A DNA stretch of 64,000 bases from a candidate division WOR_3 bacterium SM23_42 (GTDB taxonomy: Bacteria; Hydrothermota; Tepidihabitantia; SM23-42), in assembly GCA_001303785.1 (NCBI GenBank), contig LJUJ01000002.1:3867-67866 (forward strand), read 5' to 3'. The notes beneath the pieces were generated by a model, which was not told the DNA's origin, searched no databases, and was given only the letters and a program-made list of their open reading frames with translations. Shown in pieces: positions 9,218-19,457 of this stretch. Position numbers and translations under genes: made by a program. Within the stretch, counting starts at the first letter, position 1; each line of letters begins with the position of its first letter.

Positions 9218-10708
9218 ATGTTAGCAAAGAGGATTGTAGCAAGTATAACAATAGTCTGTATTTTGTTGTGTCTACATGGATGCTATTCCAGACGGGTAGT
9301 ATACCGGGCTGAAATGGAGGATCATAGGGAATACACGATTCTAGCAGCCGTGACAGATGAGGGAGAGTATCTAGAGTTCGATACGGGTGCCGTCGTCACT
9401 GATTCAGTTGTCGCAGGAGTGGTGAAAGAAGGCGATTTCATAGAAATTCCGCTTGACCAGGTAAAGATGGTTTATATCCGCATGTTTGATCCTACAATGA
9501 GTTGCTTAGCAGCCATCGGCGTTTCCGCGCTTGTCGTCGGCGTCGCTTTCCTGATTGTGCTTGCTACCAAGGAATGTTGCCCTTTCGTGTATTGCTATGA
9601 TGGTGAACAGTACATCTTTGACGGTGAACCATATGGTGGAGCAATCTGCGAGGCCTTTCAGCGCACTGATTTGTGTCGGCTTGAACATTTACGTACTGCG
9701 GATGGCGAATACCGTATACAACTTGTTAACGAGGTGGACGAGACTCAATATACCAACGAGTTCAAGCTTTGGGTAGTTGATCACCCCCCGGAAGTAGATA
9801 TAATTCAAGACGCAAACAATAACTTATACAGCATTGGAGCACTGCAGAAACCTTTGTCAGCGACAAAGAGTTACGATGAAGACGTGTATCGCTGGATTTC
9901 GGAAAAGGATATGCTTTGGTGGGAAAGTGATGTGCGTCTTAAGGATCCAGATAATAGCGCAGATCTGCGCGATACGCTTTACTTAAACTTCCTTAGACCA
10001 CCTAACACCGATGAGGTCAAACTGGTTGTGTATGGATGTAATACTCTCTGGGCTTCGCAGATGTTGATGAGAATGGTGGCGCTTTTCGGTAGCCACGTTG
10101 AGCGTTTTTATGAGGAGATGAAGGAGCCTAACGTTATAACACAGAGGGGCGATTGGGATAATTGGACAGAAATATACGCGTTGAACGTAGATGTCTGGGT
10201 TGGCGAAAGCTGGGCTCGAAGAGGGAAAATTATTGGTGGTGGTCCGTTCATGGCAGAGGAACGTGTTGTACCGCTGAGTTTGGAGGGTGTCGTAGGTGAT
10301 ACACTAAAGATCAAAATAGCGCCACCGTCAGGATTCTGGCAGTTCAATTCATTCGCAGTTGACTATTCAGAACCGGTTCCTTTTGAGCTGCGGGAAATCT
10401 CTGCAAGTTCGATGATTGGACACGATGGTGAGGATCTCTGCACTGTTCTTGAGCGTTGCGATGATAGTTACTATGTAATGCCTGAAGTCGGCCAACGTGC
10501 GTCTTTGACGTTTCCAGTGCCTGAGTTGAAGTCTGGTAGCAAGCGGGTCGTTTTTGCCAAGGTGTCAGGATATTATGAAATGCACCTTAATGTTAGTGGC
10601 TTGCCGCGACTCAAGAAAATCCAGCGTATTTTATCTGAACCTGATTATGTGGTCAGATTTGCTCTCGAGGAATATCAGAAGTGGCTTGAACAAATGTCTA
10701 TGCGTTAA
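9218..10708 (+). CDS. hypothetical lipoprotein with large C-terminal domain
   Basis: AAAGGAGG RBS. Lipobox LHGC. The N-terminal domain is paralogous to 8702..9124, followed by a TM segment and a roughly 370-aa Cys-containing domain of unknown function. Confidence 0.55.
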   Translation: MLAKRIVASITIVCILLCLHGCYSRRVVYRAEMEDHREYTILAAVTDEGEYLEFDTGAVVTDSVVAGVVKEGDFIEIPLDQVKMVYIRMFDPTMSCLAAIGVSALVVGVAFLIVLATKECCPFVYCYDGEQYIFDGEPYGGAICEAFQRTDLCRLEHLRTADGEYRIQLVNEVDETQYTNEFKLWVVDHPPEVDIIQDANNNLYSIGALQKPLSATKSYDEDVYRWISEKDMLWWESDVRLKDPDNSADLRDTLYLNFLRPPNTDEVKLVVYGCNTLWASQMLMRMVALFGSHVERFYEEMKEPNVITQRGDWDNWTEIYALNVDVWVGESWARRGKIIGGGPFMAEERVVPLSLEGVVGDTLKIKIAPPSGFWQFNSFAVDYSEPVPFELREISASSMIGHDGEDLCTVLERCDDSYYVMPEVGQRASLTFPVPELKSGSKRVVFAKVSGYYEMHLNVSGLPRLKKIQRILSEPDYVVRFALEEYQKWLEQMSMR

Positions 10709-10972
10709 AGGGTCGACTGTGTATTTGCAGGCAGTAGAAATCATCTAGAGTAATCCGAGATATGCAGAGAACCTACCTGTCGTAGGTCCTTCTGAGCGGG
10801 CCATATTTTGTTAAGCTTCAAGTCAATAAGTTATGATAATGTATGGGTTATTTTGTGTACGTGATGAATTTGGCATATTGTGCAGACTTTTTTTCGTAAT
10901 TGATTATTCACAAATGCAACGTTGTCTTAGATTCTGCCGAAGATTGTGTAGGAGAAAGATAGGGAGGTAATT

Positions 10973-11497
10973 ATGAATAGACTCGTAGTCTTGTTGGGGG
11001 CCGGGGGCTCCATTGCAGCCCTAATAGTCAGCTGTTCATCACGTCCTAACACACGTATTGGTACTTACGATTCTCGGGCGATCGCAATCGCCTTTGGGAA
11101 TTCAAACGAGGGCATGGAATTTGTCGCAAACCTTCATGCTGAAATGACGAAAGCCAGAGTGGCAAAGAATGATTCGCTGATTCAGCACATAGAGAAAACA
11201 GCAGAAACGTACCAGATACTGAGCCACCTTCGCGCCTTCAGTGTCGGGTCGGTGGCAGAAATACTTGAGAAGCACAAGGCTGAGGTTGATTTGGTGGCAA
11301 AGGAAGCGGGAGTTCAGGCCATTGTGTCGAAGCACGAATTGATCTACATGAACGCTGGCGTAGATACGGTAGACATCACGCTTCCACTTGTTCGCATATT
11401 CAATGCGAGTGAACGAGCACTGAAATGGATTTCTGATATGCCGAAGCATGAGCCGCTTCCCATGCTCGACGTGCTTCTGATTCCGACGGAAGAATAG
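10973..11497 (+). CDS. hypothetical lipoprotein
   Basis: GGGAGG RBS. Lipobox IVSC. Confidence 0.5.
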   Translation: MNRLVVLLGAGGSIAALIVSCSSRPNTRIGTYDSRAIAIAFGNSNEGMEFVANLHAEMTKARVAKNDSLIQHIEKTAETYQILSHLRAFSVGSVAEILEKHKAEVDLVAKEAGVQAIVSKHELIYMNAGVDTVDITLPLVRIFNASERALKWISDMPKHEPLPMLDVLLIPTEE

Positions 11498-11727
11498 CTT
11501 CTAGCTGACAATGAACTTAGTGATTAGTAAAACCAACCTGCTAACAAGAACCCGACACACTATTAAACATAGTCATAAGTCGTTATGTCATTGAGTCATT
11601 TTAACAAAGGGCTCGAAAGGATTCAATAAAGGCTAAGAGAAGGCTATGAGGGCGGAGCTTCGGAACGCTGGATTCTCCGGTTGAACCGGAGAATGGCCCT
11701 ACGTGAAGCATTAGGCGTCAAGCTTTG

Positions 11728-12963
11728 TTAGTCTAGTCCTGTCGCTTTTTTATAAGTTTCTCTAAGGGCCTTTGCGCCGTCGCCACAGTTAGTAAACCCG
11801 ACAAAGGCGACGTTTAAAGCAGGGTAAACGTATATTTGAGCGAAGAACGTACCGCCACTGCCAGCCCCCGTGCTGAGGTATCCCTTGTCTTTTTTGACAA
11901 TTCCCCAACCATATCCGAACATTGCCTCGCGGTCCTCTCTCATATGAGGGTACATATCGCGGAGATTCACCGTGACATGTGTTTTGTGCAACGTCTCATA
12001 ATCTTTTTGACCTAGCAGTTTTCCTTTTCCCTGCAGCCCGAGCAAATGCTCCCGGGCATACAGAGCATAGTCAAGTATGGTGCAGTGCACGCCGCCGCTG
12101 GGGTTCATCCACGCCGGTAGAACGTACTCATCATCTAAGCTCTGCGATGTGGGTTTGCCCACATTTGTCTGAGCGACGTAATGTCCCCTTGGTTGATCCG
12201 GTTCTGATTTGGAGGCAGGCCAGCCACCGATTCTTGCTTTATTCATACCAAGCGGTTTGAATATCCTCTCCTGTAAAAGATCTTCGTACGACTGTCCCGT
12301 AGCTAGTTCAGCTATGTAACCGATAATTGGCCATCCGACATTAGAATAGACCACTTTTGTGCCGGGTTCGGCAATGGGTTCGAGGTTTAGCGCCAGCCTT
12401 GTTACCTCGCGTCTTTGCTCGGTGGGGTCGGGATACGCTATGGGTATTTCCTCCATGAGTTTTTTTACAATCACGGGGTCTTCATTGGCGACCAGTTGAT
12501 AGGCAATGATACCGGCCTTGTTGTTAAGCAGATCGCTAATCCTAACCCCGCGGTACTCGTCCCGCATCGGCATTCCGGGAAGAACTTGCTCCAGCGTCAT
12601 ATCATATCGCAATTTTCCTTCTTTGACGAGCATTGCGACGAGTACAGCAGTCATCGATTTTATCGTTGATCCGATATGAAACCGGCTGTCTTCGTTGACG
12701 GAAACGCCTTCACCATAGACGATGTTTCCGACAGTCGACTTCGCGATTATATTGTCTCCAAAGACCAGCGCGGCGGCCATAGCTGGCTGATTGTGCTGTT
12801 CACTCATTTCGGTTAGCAGATTCGCAAGCGATTCGTCATTCTGTATTACAGGATGCCACTTCTCCTTTGCACAAGCAATTCCGAACGACAATTGCATGAT
12901 GACAAAAACAGCTAGTAGAGACATTCCCCTTCTGCTTATTCTGTATGGCAACTTGCTATTCAT
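11728..12963 (-). CDS. serine hydrolase, beta-lactamase/PBP-like family
   Basis: Signal peptide. SxxK active-site motif FHIGSTIKSM. Confidence 0.7.
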   Translation of the reverse strand: MNSKLPYRISRRGMSLLAVFVIMQLSFGIACAKEKWHPVIQNDESLANLLTEMSEQHNQPAMAAALVFGDNIIAKSTVGNIVYGEGVSVNEDSRFHIGSTIKSMTAVLVAMLVKEGKLRYDMTLEQVLPGMPMRDEYRGVRISDLLNNKAGIIAYQLVANEDPVIVKKLMEEIPIAYPDPTEQRREVTRLALNLEPIAEPGTKVVYSNVGWPIIGYIAELATGQSYEDLLQERIFKPLGMNKARIGGWPASKSEPDQPRGHYVAQTNVGKPTSQSLDDEYVLPAWMNPSGGVHCTILDYALYAREHLLGLQGKGKLLGQKDYETLHKTHVTVNLRDMYPHMREDREAMFGYGWGIVKKDKGYLSTGAGSGGTFFAQIYVYPALNVAFVGFTNCGDGAKALRETYKKATGLD

Positions 12964-12974
12964 ATATAGCCTCC

Positions 12975-13556
12975 TTATTCATCGATGATGATTTCTTCAC
13001 GTCTAACATAATTTGCTTCATTTGGATACGCACTAATGTTCATTGTGTATGCTGTACCCTTGGCGGAATCATACCGAGCGAATTCTCGGATCAGTTTCAT
13101 GATTTTCCTCTGTAACGGTTTCACGTCGCTGGGTAAGATTCTGGCAATTTTGATCACGGCAATGACTTCGTGTTTATCATTCCTTTTAACCGTACTGATC
13201 GCCGTCGACAGGTCGTTTCTCAAGATGGAAAGCTCAAGGGCTTTCTTGTTGGATTTCGTCTGTCTATCGGCGGTCACCACGAAATTATGGGCAATTGCGC
13301 GATAATACTTCTCGATATTCTTACCGATATCTCGTTTTTCAACCAATTTTATCAAACCGACTTTTTCTAGTAGCTTGAAATGGTGGGTTATATTAGCTGG
13401 ATGTACGCCAAGCTCCTTCGCTACGCTCGATACGGTGCGTTTTTTAACGGCAAGCATTCTCAATATGGCAATCCGCGTCGGGTGCACGTACGCCTTGATC
13501 TGGCTACTTTCCTTGAGCAGCAGAAGTTTTCGGGGGTTGATATTTAAATTAGTCAT
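12975..13556 (-). CDS. ArsR/SmtB-family transcriptional regulator
   Basis: N-terminal winged-HTH pattern HPTRIAILRML...VSSVAKELGVHPANITHHFKLLEKVGLI. Confidence 0.65.
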   Translation of the reverse strand: MTNLNINPRKLLLLKESSQIKAYVHPTRIAILRMLAVKKRTVSSVAKELGVHPANITHHFKLLEKVGLIKLVEKRDIGKNIEKYYRAIAHNFVVTADRQTKSNKKALELSILRNDLSTAISTVKRNDKHEVIAVIKIARILPSDVKPLQRKIMKLIREFARYDSAKGTAYTMNISAYPNEANYVRREEIIIDE

Positions 13557-13711
13557 TTTTCTAATTTAGAAGATTATCTAACGTTATTATACTTAAAAAT
13601 ACGTAAATGTCAAGAGGTCATTTTTGCATTCAGTCAGATCTGGGGAAGGGTACTTGAATAGCAGAATATCAGGGTAAAAGCGTAGAGCGTATTGCGAAGT
13701 GTGAAGCTGTA

Positions 13712-13739
13712 TTGACAAATAGGCGAATTGTGTTAGAGT
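13712..13739 (+). promoter_or_regulatory. sigma-70 promoter TTGACA-16-TAGAGT
   Basis: ttgacaaataggcgaattgtgttagagt, upstream of the SBBP-repeat gene. Confidence 0.4.
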
Positions 13740-13773
13740 AACAAGAGGTAAATAGCGTGGAATGTAGGGTGCA

Positions 13774-15468
13774 TTGATGACGCAGAAAAAGATTATTGAC
13801 GTAGAGCAAGGAGGGATATTGAAAGACATTGTCATGTTGTTGTATGCATTGATGGTTTTGTTTGTGCCATCGGGTTTCTTCGCGCAGACATGGGTGGCGC
13901 GGTACGACGGGCCAGGAAATGGGTATGATGCGGCAACTGCCCTCGCCGTTGATGAGGCAAGCAATGTTTATGTTACTGGATATAGTGTCGGTCCAGTCTT
14001 CACAAACGACTACGCCACGGTTAAGTATGATTCATTGGGCAACGAACTTTGGGTTGTGCGGTACAACGCGCCGGATAATGGTGACGACGTAGCATTTGAT
14101 ATGGAGCTCGATAACGCTGGGAATATTTATGTAACAGGATACAGTGCAGATTCCAGCAGTGTTTTTGATTATGCGACTGTGAAGTATGACTCATCAGGTG
14201 CTGAACTATGGGTAGCACGGTATAACGGACCGGGGAATGATTGGGATCGTGCAAACGCTCTTGCTATTGATGAAAATAGCAATATCTACGTAACTGGATT
14301 TGGTGAGGGATTAGCCACTGATAATGATTACGCGACCGTAAAATATGATTCAGCAGGAAACGAGTTGTGGGTAGCACGCTATAACGGGCCAGGTAATTAT
14401 CACGACGCGGCATCCGATGTTGTGCTTGATGCTGTGGGCAATGTGTATGTGACCGGGAACAGCTCGGGATTGGGTACGTATGCGGATTTTGCTACAGTGA
14501 AGTATGATTCAGCAGGAAATGAACTATGGGTGGCGCGGTACAATGGTCCTGCCGGTTTTAATGATGAGGCAGCTGCCCTGGTCATAGATGATCTCCACAA
14601 TACTTTTGTAACAGGATTCAGTGCAGACCCTGATACCATAGATGACATCGTCACGGTCAAGTATGATTCAGCGGGCAATGAGCTGTGGGTGTCACGGTAT
14701 AACGGACCGCTCGGTGGTTATGACCGCGCGTATGCTCTAGTCCTCGATAGTGGGTGCAATGTTTATGTTGCCGGTTACAGCTATGGTATTGGAACAGAAG
14801 CTGATATTACGACGGTGAAGTATGATTCAGCAGGAAACGAGTTGTGGGTGGCACGATACAATGGCCCAGGTAACGGTTCGGATGTTGCCTTTGACATTGC
14901 TCTTGATGATAGCGGGAATATATACGTGACTGGCTTTAGTAGGGGCTTAGTTACTTTCGGCGACTACGTTGTAGTGAAGTATGATTCGGCGGGCGGCGAA
15001 CAATGGGTCGCGTTTTATAACGGACCGGGTGATAATTGGGACGTGGCAGATGAAATTACTCTTGATAATGCGGGTAACGTTTACGTAACTGGATGCAGCG
15101 TTTCTTCAGGTATTAACTTCGACTATGCAACCCTGAAATATTCATCAACGGGAGTGGTGGAAGATGAAGGATTAACGGTAAATGCTGCAAAAAATAGCTT
15201 ATCGGTTTTTCCAAATCCGTTTCACCGCTTCTGTGATATCCGATATGCGATGACAGATAACACACATAAATACGAGCTTAAGATATATGATGTAACTGGT
15301 CGGCTGGTTGTTGATGTCTCCAGACAGATGTCTGTCATCGATTATCAGTTGTCAGTAAAGTGGGACGGGACCGATGACGCAGGGAATAGACTTCCCGGAG
15401 GCATTTATTTCGTTGCATGCCGGACCGGAAATAATCAAGAAATGAAGCAACTAATCTTAATCAGATAG
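13774..15468 (+). CDS. SBBP beta-propeller repeat protein with T9SS C-terminal sorting domain
   Basis: About 10 repeats of ATVKYDSxGNELWVARYNGPGN...IYVTG. C-terminal VFPNPF...KIYDVTGRL...GGIYFV...ILIR. Confidence 0.7.
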   Translation: MMTQKKIIDVEQGGILKDIVMLLYALMVLFVPSGFFAQTWVARYDGPGNGYDAATALAVDEASNVYVTGYSVGPVFTNDYATVKYDSLGNELWVVRYNAPDNGDDVAFDMELDNAGNIYVTGYSADSSSVFDYATVKYDSSGAELWVARYNGPGNDWDRANALAIDENSNIYVTGFGEGLATDNDYATVKYDSAGNELWVARYNGPGNYHDAASDVVLDAVGNVYVTGNSSGLGTYADFATVKYDSAGNELWVARYNGPAGFNDEAAALVIDDLHNTFVTGFSADPDTIDDIVTVKYDSAGNELWVSRYNGPLGGYDRAYALVLDSGCNVYVAGYSYGIGTEADITTVKYDSAGNELWVARYNGPGNGSDVAFDIALDDSGNIYVTGFSRGLVTFGDYVVVKYDSAGGEQWVAFYNGPGDNWDVADEITLDNAGNVYVTGCSVSSGINFDYATLKYSSTGVVEDEGLTVNAAKNSLSVFPNPFHRFCDIRYAMTDNTHKYELKIYDVTGRLVVDVSRQMSVIDYQLSVKWDGTDDAGNRLPGGIYFVACRTGNNQEMKQLILIR

Positions 15469-15534
15469 TCAAAGCGGGGTACGGATTGGATTCGGCGTCG
15501 CCTAAAGGGATGAAATGAATTTGCCCATTGACAA

Positions 15535-15563
15535 ATTGCAATAAATACTATATAATAGTAGGT
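15535..15563 (+). promoter_or_regulatory. sigma-70 promoter TTGACA-17-TATAAT with overlapping palindrome ACTAT-ATA-ATAGT (candidate PerR operator)
   Basis: ttgacaaattgcaataaatactatataat, upstream of perR. Confidence 0.55.
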
Positions 15564-15595
15564 ACTAATAAGAAATAGGTTAATAGGATGTCGAG

Positions 15596-16036
15596 ATGAA
15601 AGAGAAATTGCACGATTTCAAGAGACACTGTCATAAGCATGGTTTAAGGGTCACTCCCCAGCGTGTCGCTATTTACAAGAAACTGGTGGCATCCGATAAG
15701 CATCCCTCGGCGACTGAAATCCACAGGCAGATCAAACGTGAATTCCCAAATGTTTCTCTGGGAACCGTAAACAGCACTCTTATCACATTCGCAAAAATCG
15801 GTCTTGCGCGCATTGTGGAATCATCAGGGGATCCTAAACGCTTTGATCCTGATACCGAAATGCATCATCATTTCCGGTGCGTTAAGTGTAATAGAATAAT
15901 CGATTTCCACGAAAAAACCTATGATAATATTAGGGTGCCTGCGGAAATTGCAACGAAATATCTCATATTAGGAAAAAAAGTATACTTGGAAGGACTGTGT
16001 GATAAATGTCAAACAAAGGGCAAAGCGAATCCATGA
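15596..16036 (+). CDS. perR: Fur-family peroxide-responsive repressor
   Basis: Fur/PerR blocks LRVTPQRVAI, SLGTVNSTL, HHHFRCVKC...CDKC. Sits immediately upstream of the catalase gene. Confidence 0.7.
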   Translation: MKEKLHDFKRHCHKHGLRVTPQRVAIYKKLVASDKHPSATEIHRQIKREFPNVSLGTVNSTLITFAKIGLARIVESSGDPKRFDPDTEMHHHFRCVKCNRIIDFHEKTYDNIRVPAEIATKYLILGKKVYLEGLCDKCQTKGKANP

Positions 16037-16101
16037 TGCGTTTCAATCATTATTTTAGTATTTACCCTGTTTGTTTGCCTAATATTTGAAAGGAGGTTGT
16101 C

Positions 16102-17610
16102 ATGGCAAAAGAACAAAAAAAACTGACTACCAATTTTGGTAAACCGGTCGATGATGACCAGAACAGCATAACCGTGGGCATTCCAGGACCCACCATTTTC
16201 GAAGATATCCACGTTGCTGAGAAACTGGCACACTTTAATCGTGAGCGCATCCCTGAGCGGGTGGTACACGCTAAGGGCGCGGGAGCGGGTGGATATTTCG
16301 AGGTGACGCATGATGTCACAAAATACACAAGAGCTAAGTTCCTCTCCAAAATCGGCAAGCGCACCGAAGTTTTTGCAAGGTTTTCCACGGTCGGTGGCGA
16401 GAAAGGTTCTGCAGATACGGCTCGTGATCCCCGCGGGTTTGCCGTGAAGTTTTATACGGAGGAAGGTAACTACGACATGGTAGGCAATAACACACCGGTA
16501 TTCTTCATCCGCGATGTTATCAAATTCCCTGATTTCATTCATACACAGAAACGCAATCCCGCCACGAATGCCAAAGATCCCGATATGTTCTGGGATTTTC
16601 TTTCTCTGACTCCAGAGTCAATTCATCAGGTCACGATTCTTTTCTCTGACCGCGGCACACCCAAGAGCTACCGTCATATGAACGGTTATGGCGGGCACAC
16701 ATTCAAATTTTGGAACGCAAAGGGTGAATATTTCTGGGTGAAGATCCACTTTAAAACCGTGCAGGGTATACAAAACTACGCGCGTCAGGAGGCCACCCGG
16801 TTGGCTGGCGAGAATCCCGACATCGCGACCGATGATTTGTATCAGGCGATTGAACGCGGTGAATATCCAGCCTGGGACGTTCAGTTTCAGATTATGAAAC
16901 CTGAGCAGGTAAACACGTATAAGTTCAATCCTTTTGATGTAACCAAGGTTTTGCCCCACGCCGATTTCCCTGTAATCCCGGTCGGTCGCATGGTGCTAAA
17001 CCGTAACCCGCAAAACTACTTTGCCGAGGTAGAACAGTCAGCCTTTTGCCCGGGTAACTTTGTGCCAGGTATCGGTCCTTCTCCGGATAAAATGCTGCAG
17101 GGACGGATCATCTTCTATCATGATGCCCATCGCTATCGTCTTGGTCCCAATTACCACTTGATACCGGTCAACTCGCCGAAAGGAGTTATGGCTAACAACT
17201 ATCAGCGTGACGGCGCTATGCGCGTTGATGATAATGGCGGCGGCGGCCCGAATTATTATCCAAATAGCTTTCAGGGTCCTGAACCACAACCGGAAATGGC
17301 AGAACCGGCATTGGAATTTTCCGGCAAAGCTGCCCGACAGCCGTACGTTCATCCGAACGACGATTTCGTACAGGCAGGCACCCTCTATCGTAAGGTTATG
17401 AATGATGAAGCCCGGGAGCACTTAATCGGGAACATAGTTGATCATTTAGGAAATGCGCAGAAACGCATACAACTGCGTCAAACAGCACTTTTCTATAAGG
17501 CTGATACTGAATACGGTACCAGAGTTGCACAGGGATTGAAGCTTGATGCGAAAGAGGTCGAGCGCCTGGCGAAAATGTCACAGGAAGAGCGGGCAAAGGC
17601 TACGAAGTAA
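16102..17610 (+). CDS. katA: monofunctional heme catalase
   Basis: AAAGGAGG RBS. Catalase signatures [25 protein letters not shown] and [27 protein letters not shown]. Confidence 0.9.
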   Translation: MAKEQKKLTTNFGKPVDDDQNSITVGIPGPTIFEDIHVAEKLAHFNRERIPERVVHAKGAGAGGYFEVTHDVTKYTRAKFLSKIGKRTEVFARFSTVGGEKGSADTARDPRGFAVKFYTEEGNYDMVGNNTPVFFIRDVIKFPDFIHTQKRNPATNAKDPDMFWDFLSLTPESIHQVTILFSDRGTPKSYRHMNGYGGHTFKFWNAKGEYFWVKIHFKTVQGIQNYARQEATRLAGENPDIATDDLYQAIERGEYPAWDVQFQIMKPEQVNTYKFNPFDVTKVLPHADFPVIPVGRMVLNRNPQNYFAEVEQSAFCPGNFVPGIGPSPDKMLQGRIIFYHDAHRYRLGPNYHLIPVNSPKGVMANNYQRDGAMRVDDNGGGGPNYYPNSFQGPEPQPEMAEPALEFSGKAARQPYVHPNDDFVQAGTLYRKVMNDEAREHLIGNIVDHLGNAQKRIQLRQTALFYKADTEYGTRVAQGLKLDAKEVERLAKMSQEERAKATK

Positions 17611-17745
17611 CACCGATAGACATTTCAATCATTGTATCACTGGACCATTGAGTCATTGCTGTTCTGAGGGCTCGATTACGACGACGAAAGAAACAGATTA
17701 CACTGATTGAAAATAGCGTGGGGCGTCGAGCGTCAAGCGTCAATG

Positions 17746-17773
17746 TTGACATGGCATTATAGGCAGTTACAAT
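17746..17773 (+). promoter_or_regulatory. sigma-70 promoter TTGACA-16-TACAAT
   Basis: ttgacatggcattataggcagttacaat. Confidence 0.5.
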
Positions 17774-17830
17774 TCCATATATTTATTCAATTGTATTATG
17801 CACTTGGCTGTGAAGCAAAAGGAGGTGGTT

Positions 17831-18466
17831 ATGGTAAAGGATGCAATCCTACCTGCTAATGTAAATCGCAGGCAGTTCCTTTTCAAGATGTTACCAGCGG
17901 GTGTCTTATTCGGTTTAGGCTGTGGCCGGTTGTTTGGCTCAGCTGCAACAGAGGAAACTGCCACCGTTTTGTCTGAAACGCATAAATATCTTGCAGATGC
18001 GGGAATGACATATAAGGAAGTTTACGAACTCGTTTTTAAGTATAATTTCATCCCGTATATGGAGCGTCTGGCGCAATATTTGGGAAGAGATGAGTTGGTT
18101 GAATTGTTGATGAGAGCTGCTACTGAACATTATACTCAGCGTGGAAGGAATTGGGCAAAGAGGATGGAGAAGAAAGAGTTCACTGCGTACTTTAATTTCT
18201 TGAGAAAGCCGGATCGGGATTGGTTACATACCTGCACGCACGAGATTATTGAAGACACAGATAATGTACTTCAAGTTAAGTACACCGAATGTATATATGC
18301 GGATATTTTTCGTGAAGTGAACGCCCAGGATATAGGGTATGCTGCATTCTGCCACGGTGACTTCGCAATCTTTTCGGCTTTGGACCATAGGATCAAGCTG
18401 ATTCGCACCAAGACATTGATGCAAGGAGATGACTGTTGCGATCATCGGTTTGTTTGGGAAGGATAG
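17831..18466 (+). CDS. hypothetical Tat-signal protein (Cys-rich C-terminus)
   Basis: AAAGGAGG RBS before ATG 17831. Twin-arginine motif NRRQFLFK. C-terminal CHGDF...DDCCDH. Confidence 0.5.
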   Translation: MVKDAILPANVNRRQFLFKMLPAGVLFGLGCGRLFGSAATEETATVLSETHKYLADAGMTYKEVYELVFKYNFIPYMERLAQYLGRDELVELLMRAATEHYTQRGRNWAKRMEKKEFTAYFNFLRKPDRDWLHTCTHEIIEDTDNVLQVKYTECIYADIFREVNAQDIGYAAFCHGDFAIFSALDHRIKLIRTKTLMQGDDCCDHRFVWEG

Positions 18467-18624
18467 CGTCCAGCGTAAGGTGCTTGACTTTTGTGTAGTG
18501 GGTGTATAATTTGATAAGTTTGGTTGTTAAAACCATCTTAGAACTATGCCTATCCATAAGCTAGAAACCAGGCGACGTAGTTAGTAGTCCATATAAGTAA
18601 ATACAATCAAAAGGGAGGAGCAAA

Positions 18625-19071
18625 ATGGCAGAAGCAAAGAAGTCAGTCAAAATTTCTTTTGTTATCCTGTTAATCATGCTGCTTCTGGCCCTGGTATACG
18701 GCCTCATTACGGTATTTGCGCCGGAATTCATAGTCGCACGCTCATTCGAGGGATTTACCGGAAAACCATGGTATATATATGACGCGGTGGTTGGCGTGGG
18801 TGGCTATATAATAACTCTTGAAAGAATGGCGGGTGGACTTGGCCTTGCACTAACGCTGGGTGCCTTAATAGTACTCTTCACGGCCTATCGTAAGGTGGAG
18901 AAATGGGCCTGGTATTACATGCTGGTCGTTGGTGTCATTGGCTGGGTGAACAACCTTATAGCGAATATTGCTTTCAAAAATACTGTGACAACTACCATAA
19001 TCATCATCGGTCTTATTCTAATTATCATAGGCCTCTTAATACCAGTCAAGGATTTTTTCAGCAAAAAATAA
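18625..19071 (+). CDS. hypothetical integral membrane protein
   Basis: GGGAGG RBS. Four predicted TM helices. Confidence 0.5.
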   Translation: MAEAKKSVKISFVILLIMLLLALVYGLITVFAPEFIVARSFEGFTGKPWYIYDAVVGVGGYIITLERMAGGLGLALTLGALIVLFTAYRKVEKWAWYYMLVVGVIGWVNNLIANIAFKNTVTTTIIIIGLILIIIGLLIPVKDFFSKK

Positions 19072-19184
19072 GACACGACTGAGAAACGGAGACACATCTT
19101 TTCTAAAATCCTAAATCCGAATACCGAAATCCGAAATTCAAATGACCAAAACAAACCAGCGTATCAGATTATCAGGGGATCAGC

Positions 19185-19312
19185 GGGCAGAAGACCAGAA
19201 TACCAGGATATCAAATAGAAGCTATCATTGGGGTACGAATGGAATCGTTTTTTAAACACGCAGAGACGGAACGTCGGAGGAGCGGAGACGTCAAGCGAAC
19301 TCCGAGCTCCGA
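19185..19312 (+). repeat. ~128-bp intergenic repeat, copy 1 (about 88% identical to 21592..21718)
   Basis: gggcagaagaccagaataccaggatatcaaatagaagctatcattggggtacgaatggaatcg...gcgaactccgagctccg. Lies upstream of lipoprotein 19458. Confidence 0.85.
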
Positions 19313-19457
19313 ACTGCAACCACCGCAGTATGTAGTATGCACCAGGTAGTATGTGGAAGAATACCGAGCAGCGTATTGCGTGCGGCGCAAAGCATAGTTG
19401 ACAGTGACTTTAGCTATAATGGAATAAATAAGCATAGATTTACGTAGAGGAGGAGTT

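Noticed and set aside
19080-19400. Octamer-periodic tandem arrays as a CRISPR array
   Set aside because: The units are 8 nt with no unique spacers and are far below the CRISPR repeat length. No cas genes are nearby.
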